Virus record (IMG/VR): IMGVR_UViG_3300044451_000434 | Location: 100,108-164,107 of that record | From: a virus | DNA: 64,000 nt | Strand: one strand, 5' to 3' | In this document: positions 58,665 through 64,000 of the stretch, in pieces | Layout of the letters: every line of letters begins with the position of its first letter | How positions within the stretch are numbered: position 1 is the first letter of the stretch | The notes under the pieces: model-generated | Database searches by the model: none | Seen by the model: only the letters and a program-made list of their open reading frames with translations | What the model was told of the DNA's origin: nothing | Program-made: the position numbers and the translations under genes

Positions 58665-59039
58665 TCAGCAGCAAGATTTGCAGAGTGTCATGTACCACGA
58701 ACCATCTTTGATCATGGAACTAGGCACTCCGCATACCTCACAGATCACTCAAGACATTGACTCTGCCATTTTTATCATGCCATCGATCTCCTGCGGTTGC
58801 CGACCTGGCGTGTACACCCTCAGGGTTCCAAACTTCTCCTCCACCTGCACCACAGAAAAAAGTTCCTCTTCTGGCTCCTCCATGTGACCCTCAAGAAGAG
58901 GATCTAGCAACTTGAAAAGCCGATCAAGGAGCACATCCCATCTAGTGCCGCAACTGATGTCAGCATCTAGCAACGGAGACCTGTCGTGCCACCTCGACCT
59001 TAGATCTTCTTTGGACTTGATCTCTTCACTGTCGTGCAT
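58665..59039 (-). pseudogene. Conserved phage EKFG-x-LR-x-Y protein interrupted by in-frame TGA at 58749-58751
   Basis: After the TGA the frame continues VICEVCGVPSSMIKDGSWYMTLCKSCC, the Cys-rich tail expected for this family. Confidence 0.6.
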
Positions 59040-59055
59040 GCAGTCATGTCTCCAA

Positions 59056-59128
59056 TGACACCTCTGGGGATCGAACCCAGGACTTAACGGTTAAAAGCCG
59101 CTTGCTCTACCAGCTGAGCTAAGGTGTC
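59056..59128 (-). tRNA. tRNA-Lys(TTT)
   Basis: GACACCT-TAGCTCAGCTGGTAGAGC-A-AGCGG-CTTTTAA-CCGTT...GGTTCGATCC-CCAG-AGGTGTC-A. Confidence 0.93.
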
Positions 59129-59134
59129 TTGTGA

Positions 59135-59566
59135 TTAGCGGGTGCTCCATTTTGAATTTTGATCTCCACCCTGGTCGGATGGCGGCGAACAATAAAGACC
59201 TCTGTGCAAAAAGTGCTCCTCATGTCGTGTAAAGCCAAATGTTTCTTGGGCGAATTTCATGACCTCATCAGAATCAAAATGCCTGCATGAGTACACATCT
59301 AGGGTGATAAATCGTGTGGGCTCCATAGAATGTATCTGAATTCCGCTCTCCACAAGTGGAACCCATACGCTCACCCCGCTTTTGTCGGGAAACATCTCCA
59401 CACCCCTACTTCTTGGTCCGTGGATAACGAATGGAGCAGACATCTTGGTCATCCCAAGCCTGTCCACTAGAGTTTCTAGGAACCTGTAGTGCAGTTCAAG
59501 GTCGTTTGCCGCGCCCTTTTTGTTGTTGTACATGTCTAGAAGATACGAGTATCCAAAGGGTATCAT
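59135..59566 (-). CDS. speD: S-adenosylmethionine decarboxylase proenzyme-like
   Basis: GVSVWVPLVES-GIQIH...ITLDVYSC; Glu-Ser autocleavage site. Confidence 0.8.
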   Translation of the reverse strand: MIPFGYSYLLDMYNNKKGAANDLELHYRFLETLVDRLGMTKMSAPFVIHGPRSRGVEMFPDKSGVSVWVPLVESGIQIHSMEPTRFITLDVYSCRHFDSDEVMKFAQETFGFTRHEEHFLHRGLYCSPPSDQGGDQNSKWSTR

Positions 59567-59713
59567 ACCTTCTACATCTCCTGTATATTTTTCGACTTGA
59601 GTCTTTCCACCTCAATTACCAACTGCTAGACAAGTATGTGGGCATCCTTCACCAGTCTTGAAAGCCGTGATGACTCCACCTCTGAGCGGAGCAACTTCCT
59701 GATGGTGGATATT

Positions 59714-60211
59714 TCACTTGGATTGAGGTGACTCAGCGGCATCTTCGGTCTTTGCACGGACAAACTCCTGTCGGGGCATGTATGGGAAAGACACCTCTCT
59801 TGCCTCGACGCCCTGAGGAGTGTTCTGATCTGAAATGAGCACCACAGCATGGGCATCGAACGAGGTTCCATCCGCCCGACGGAATACATGAACGCAGCGG
59901 GTGTTCTGCTGTTTTCCCTCGACATCAGCAGGATGCCATTCATCTTCTGCCCCCGTGAGCGGGGTGATGACCTGCATTTGGGAGAGACGACCGAATAGAG
60001 AAGACGCAAGCCACCTGCTTCGGTCGTCTCCAGGAAGTCCATCAAGGATCTCAAGCATCCTCAGCACTGACCTCTCGATGCGTATGATCCAGGGGTCTGT
60101 TGCGGAGCCCTGTCCAGCAGACTCTCTTGCCGTGGTGGCAGTTTTAAACTCCGAACGGGCAAAATCCGTAAGCATCGATGCGTTCAATTCCTTTACAACT
60201 TCAGTTGTCAT
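59714..60211 (-). CDS. Hypothetical phage protein
   Basis: GAGGAG RBS; ITPLTGAEDEW...QNTRCVHVFR...VSFPYMP. Confidence 0.7.
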   Translation of the reverse strand: MTTEVVKELNASMLTDFARSEFKTATTARESAGQGSATDPWIIRIERSVLRMLEILDGLPGDDRSRWLASSLFGRLSQMQVITPLTGAEDEWHPADVEGKQQNTRCVHVFRRADGTSFDAHAVVLISDQNTPQGVEAREVSFPYMPRQEFVRAKTEDAAESPQSK

Positions 60212-60564
60212 GACTGTTTCTCCTCATTTTTGTTGATGATTTCTTCAATAATATTACGATATTCTTTGACCCCACTGAGACCCGTGATCCGCCGTCTCTC
60301 CTGTCCGCCGTACCACAAGGTGACAGTGGGCAAAGCCTGTATGGAGTTTTTCCTAGCAAAGTCAACATTTGAATCACAGTCTAGCTTGACCACGCGGGCA
60401 CGCCCCGCGTATTCGGTAGCGAGTTGGTCCATGGTGGTGGCGAGCATTCGGCACGGACCGCACCAGTGCGCCCACCAGTCAACCAATACAGGTACATCAG
60501 ACTTTATGACAAGTGCCTCAAAGTCGGCAGCGTCTATCTTATGGGCTTTGTGCTGCGTGATCAT
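60208..60564 (-). CDS. trxA: Thioredoxin
   Basis: PVLVDWWAHWCGPCR, ALPT; ATG 60564 preferred over GTG 60621. Confidence 0.92.
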   Translation of the reverse strand: MITQHKAHKIDAADFEALVIKSDVPVLVDWWAHWCGPCRMLATTMDQLATEYAGRARVVKLDCDSNVDFARKNSIQALPTVTLWYGGQERRRITGLSGVKEYRNIIEEIINKNEEKQS

Positions 60565-60576
60565 GTCACCAATCTT

Positions 60577-60850
60577 ACGACCGTGGCGTGTCAGTTCTGG
60601 ACGGCAAGCAAATTTTTCCACTCTTTGGAACCGCTAGGTCAAAGGCCCTTTTGATGCCCTCTTTGCTAGACTCTGGAGCCACCCTGATAATCCCCCTGAG
60701 TCTGTCGAGCCAGTTTGCAACCGCATCTAGATACATCTAGAGGATGGTGTGTAGGATACTGACGGGTTGCTCATGCACATGTCCACGGCAAGTTTCTCTA
60801 GCGCCGGCCATGGCTTGCTAGAGTTTGGCATCTAGTTTGATATAGTCGTG
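60577..60850. ncRNA. Candidate structured ncRNA / cis-regulatory leader upstream of thioredoxin
   Basis: GC-richer intergenic block with nested helices and two long-range crossing pairings; flanking genes are on minus. Confidence 0.55.
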
Positions 60851-60937
60851 CCCCCGTGCGCCCCATGTGGGTAATTGTTAAGAATGAGTGGTATGTTTTC
60901 GGAGGTCAAAAGTTGAATGAACTTGGTCTGCTGGTAG

Positions 60938-61948
60938 TCATCGATGCAAATCCATTATGATGTCTATCTCATCTTGCAGTTCTGATATCTTCTTTTCGCA
61001 ACATTTGGCATCCCCACAGTTACGAAAGTCGGGGATCTCCAATTTGTCCAATTCATGATGAAGGTCGTCAGAGCGCATGTAACCTTTTGCATCTGATATC
61101 ATCATTGCTGCCAAGTTCTCGCTGTCTCTGCATATGTCTTCCATGGGCATATTGTAGTTAGACTTTGCTCTCTTCCACCAACTTGCGGCATCGGCGCCCT
61201 TGAGTTGGTGGTGTGATGTCATGTGCGGCTTCTTTCCAACTCTATTCTTCTTCTCTGCAGTTCTCTTCTGTCTTGTTGCTCTTTTCTTTTCATCATCGGT
61301 CATGCCGTGCGATGTTGATGGGGTCTGGCGAGACACTTTTTTAGATGGACGACATTTTGGGTACGCCCCCTTTGAGGCATCACTTCTTCCACAGGGCGGG
61401 TGCTTGCCATCCTCGTCTCTGCGCGATATGTCAACCCACTTCTCCTTGAACCATCTATCAAGGCTAGCAACCTTACCCATGCTGTCTTTTACCTCTTCGT
61501 ATGTCTCAGAGAATACTGCGCTATCGATTCTGTAGAAACCCCTATCTCCGTCCCGCATCAGTTGGTCCCCTGGTTTGAGCACCATGTCTTCCCCCCATGA
61601 TGCCTTGAAGCTTATCTCTTCTGGCCCCCTATACAGGGCCGCATATCTGATGTCCCCTTTGGGTCTGATATCTCCACCAATTTCCCCATCGTACTTGTTA
61701 CTGAAATTATCCTTATCAATGACATATACTTCGCTCTTGGGACCAGATATGAGTATGTCCCCCGGCATCCCCTCCTTCGAGGTCTTGTCGAGGTCGGTCA
61801 CTATCCTCTCCTTGCTCATCAGCACCGTGTAGGTGAGCGGCTGCATATTATCGTAATCGGCATCAGGCATATATCTGTAATTGATAGTTAATTTCTTCCT
61901 GACAGGTCTGAATTTAAGTTTTGACGCTATTTCTTCAATGTTTGCCAT
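60938..61948 (-). CDS. Modular protein: two PGDYG-like repeats + basic RWFKEKW module
   Basis: EGMPGDILI...FSNKY and LKPGDQLM...FSETY; then LDRWFKEKWVD...PCGR...YPKCRP. Confidence 0.75.
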   Translation of the reverse strand: MANIEEIASKLKFRPVRKKLTINYRYMPDADYDNMQPLTYTVLMSKERIVTDLDKTSKEGMPGDILISGPKSEVYVIDKDNFSNKYDGEIGGDIRPKGDIRYAALYRGPEEISFKASWGEDMVLKPGDQLMRDGDRGFYRIDSAVFSETYEEVKDSMGKVASLDRWFKEKWVDISRRDEDGKHPPCGRSDASKGAYPKCRPSKKVSRQTPSTSHGMTDDEKKRATRQKRTAEKKNRVGKKPHMTSHHQLKGADAASWWKRAKSNYNMPMEDICRDSENLAAMMISDAKGYMRSDDLHHELDKLEIPDFRNCGDAKCCEKKISELQDEIDIIMDLHR

Positions 61949-62109
61949 GCGACCCTCTGTGTATTAGTATTTATATAAATTAATTATACACACCTTTAAG
62001 ACGCGTTAAGATCCTTTTATCAATATGTATTCATAGAGTGACATTACTATTTTTTATTTGTTGCCGTTTGAAGAATGTGCTGATGCACCCCTTCAAGAAA
62101 AAAATAAAA

Positions 62110-63132
62110 TTACAGATTTATTATTTTGCTGTCGAATATCCCTGCCGACCTCAAGCCAGAAATAAATGATTCACCCATTGCCCCTGGGCCCCATGTGCTG
62201 AGGGCAAACATTGAGCATTTTTCCCTGTCAAGTTGCATAGCAAGCATAGCAGACTTACGAAGATTGCTGTCACAAAATCCTGTTATGCCGTCAGCGATGC
62301 TCTCGTCAGTTGCTTTGTTTTTAAAACCAACAGAAGGCAGTCCACAGCATGCAGCTTCCAAGCAGACAAGACCAAGCGTGTCAGACATGCTTGGAAATAC
62401 AAGACACCTGTGCCTACGCATCTGATCTGCTAGAGAAAATTTGTCAAGCCTTCCGAGCATTCTTATGTTTTTGTGTTTTAGCATCTCATGATGCTCCATA
62501 GGACCTGATCCTGCAATTGAAACAAGAAGCCCGACATTAGCTAGTTCTCTTAGATGTTCTAATCCTTTTTCGGGAGATATTCTGCCTGCAAAAAGCAATT
62601 GTCCATCCAATTCAGAATATTCATATTTAAAGCATCTGTCCACGCCTCCGCGTAATACTGCAGATTTTTTCCCCCCAAGTGAACACGCAAATGAGTCTTT
62701 TGAGTTTCTGAAGAATCTGACATCAACTTTTGCTGTCCTTTTCGTGAGCCATCTTCCGAAAAGACCCCCTAATATTGGGATCATATTATTGAAAATAGAA
62801 TCCCAATCTGTGTGACTGCATGAACTGGTTGTTATACCCCTCTTTTTTGCAATTGTTAGACCGCATAGTCCCACTATCCCCTCTGTAGCAATATGGACAT
62901 GTTCAGGTTCAAATAAGTCTATCTTATTTTTCACAATCGACCATGCCGATAGCGGCGTGGCAATCGATAAGCCCGGACTGAATCGACCAGCAGGTATGCA
63001 TTTTATCCCTTCAAGATCAACCACCTGAACTTCATGTCCCATAGAAGACAACTCCGATGAGAGCCTGCTGACACCGACTGCAACTCCGTTCATCTGTCCC
63101 GAGTCAGTGTCTGTGACTATAGAGATCTTCAT
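62110..63132 (-). CDS. GT4 glycosyltransferase (Agt-like)
   Basis: MKISIVTDT...NGV, VHIATEG, FAGRISPEKG, VFPSMSDTLGLVCLEA; ATG 63132 overlaps the upstream stop. Confidence 0.88.
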   Translation of the reverse strand: MKISIVTDTDSGQMNGVAVGVSRLSSELSSMGHEVQVVDLEGIKCIPAGRFSPGLSIATPLSAWSIVKNKIDLFEPEHVHIATEGIVGLCGLTIAKKRGITTSSCSHTDWDSIFNNMIPILGGLFGRWLTKRTAKVDVRFFRNSKDSFACSLGGKKSAVLRGGVDRCFKYEYSELDGQLLFAGRISPEKGLEHLRELANVGLLVSIAGSGPMEHHEMLKHKNIRMLGRLDKFSLADQMRRHRCLVFPSMSDTLGLVCLEAACCGLPSVGFKNKATDESIADGITGFCDSNLRKSAMLAMQLDREKCSMFALSTWGPGAMGESFISGLRSAGIFDSKIINL

Positions 63133-63872
63133 TTCGGTTTCCAGTGGTGTATTTCTAGGCTGCCATCGTGCGTCTCCCCGACCCACGAAGCATGTTCCAC
63201 CCAGTCGCCGCAATTGATGTAGGTGATTCCATCGATAATTCTCACCTCTGGATTGTGGATGTGCCCGCATATGACCCCGTCATAACCACGTCTTTTTGTG
63301 ATCGAAGCCATGGCGTTTTCCCAGCCAGTCATCCAATTAACTGCTCTTTTCACCTTGCGCTTGACGAACTTACTTGCCGACCATGGCTTCATTCCGCAGA
63401 GCCTCCGAGCCCTGTTGAGAAACTTTGACACCACCACTAGCATGTCATAGGCATGGCTTCCGAACACCGCAAGCCATGGTGCTAGCCTCACGGACGCATC
63501 TATCATGTCACCGTGGGTGACAAGAAACCTCCTCCCATCTGCGCACAGGTGGACGGTTTCAAGGGGTATCAGGCTGATGCCCGCGAACTCATCCGCAAAC
63601 TTCGCCCATTCGCGCATGAATTCGTCATGGTTTCCTGCCACCCAAAATGTCTTGCGCCCTTTACGTGCTGCCTTGAGAACCTTGATAATCGGTCGTGAAT
63701 CTTCCACCCTCCACCTCCACCTCCTGCGCAGGCGCCACCAATCAACGATGTCCCCCACGAGATAAATGGTTTCGGCATCAAGCGAATCGAGCCAGTCTGC
63801 TATTTGATCAACTTCAGCCCCGTCACTACCCAAATGCCAATCGCTTACGAAAACGGTTCTGAATTTGGGCAT
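63129..63872 (-). CDS. LpxH/PlcP-like metallophosphoesterase
   Basis: FVSDWHLG, YLVGDIVD, GNHD, THGD, CGHIH, YINCGDWVE. Confidence 0.88.
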   Translation of the reverse strand: MPKFRTVFVSDWHLGSDGAEVDQIADWLDSLDAETIYLVGDIVDWWRLRRRWRWRVEDSRPIIKVLKAARKGRKTFWVAGNHDEFMREWAKFADEFAGISLIPLETVHLCADGRRFLVTHGDMIDASVRLAPWLAVFGSHAYDMLVVVSKFLNRARRLCGMKPWSASKFVKRKVKRAVNWMTGWENAMASITKRRGYDGVICGHIHNPEVRIIDGITYINCGDWVEHASWVGETHDGSLEIHHWKPK

Positions 63873-63876
63873 GTTA

Positions 63877-63999
63877 TCACATTGGGGTAATTTTCCAACC
63901 AGATGCAGTCTTCACCCATTCGTGTGATTCCGCTGTTCTTCCGCCAAAAAGTCCTTTTAATCTACTGAAGAAACCTGGTTGACGGGCTCTATCTGTTTT
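63877..63999 (-). CDS. 3' end of a gene starting beyond the window
   Basis: ...PGFFSRLKGLFGGRTAESHEWVKTASGWKITPM*. Confidence 0.6.
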   Translation of the reverse strand, partial: KTDRARQPGFFSRLKGLFGGRTAESHEWVKTASGWKITPM

Positions 64000-64000
64000 G

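Noticed and set aside
60577-60870. tmRNA (minus strand begins GGGGC...)
   Set aside because: No T-arm/TCCACCA 3' end and no tag ORF ending in Ala-Ala.
63133-63270. N-terminal extension of the GT4 ORF
   Set aside because: Overlaps the phosphoesterase C-terminus; the GT4 fold starts at MKISIVTD (63132).
1-64000. Alternative genetic code (TGA or TAG recoding)
   Set aside because: Conserved genes are full length in the standard code and many end in TGA (ATGA overlaps) or TAG; only one internal TGA was noticed.
1-64000. CRISPR array, integrase, reverse transcriptase/DGR, rRNA
   Set aside because: No regularly spaced repeats and no motifs for these elements were seen; fibre repeats are in-frame coding duplications.

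Overview
A 64 kb segment of a large tailed dsDNA phage (Caudoviricetes, jumbo-like), probably infecting a diderm bacterium. 1-13.2 kb (minus strand) is a head-morphogenesis operon: large terminase, about 12 hypothetical proteins, a portal protein fused to a DUF559/Vsr-like nuclease domain, and a prohead protease that runs off the left edge and is absent from the supplied ORF track. 14-20.4 kb holds three tail-fibre-like genes. The rest mixes candidate internal-virion proteins with nucleotide and metabolic genes (nrdJ, dut, thyX, SOD, thioredoxin, SAM decarboxylase), a FliA/WhiG-type sigma factor, a C5 DNA methyltransferase, an outer-membrane beta-barrel, a glycosyl/methyltransferase island, two tRNAs and a PlcP-like phosphoesterase + GT4 pair. 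Main leads: (1) a recurrent K-x-A-[SQ] motif plus a shared W-x-x-[IA]-G-x-x-x-G leader in many unrelated proteins, suggesting a capsid-targeting/protease-processing code; (2) two unannotated ~280-nt pseudoknot-rich structured RNA candidates (20.5-20.8 kb, 60.6-60.85 kb) and a two-hairpin small RNA; (3) a 188-aa gene nested in an alternative frame of the methyltransferase; (4) a possible phage-borne phospholipid-remodelling pair. All assignments come from motif recognition by eye; no searches or folding programs were run.
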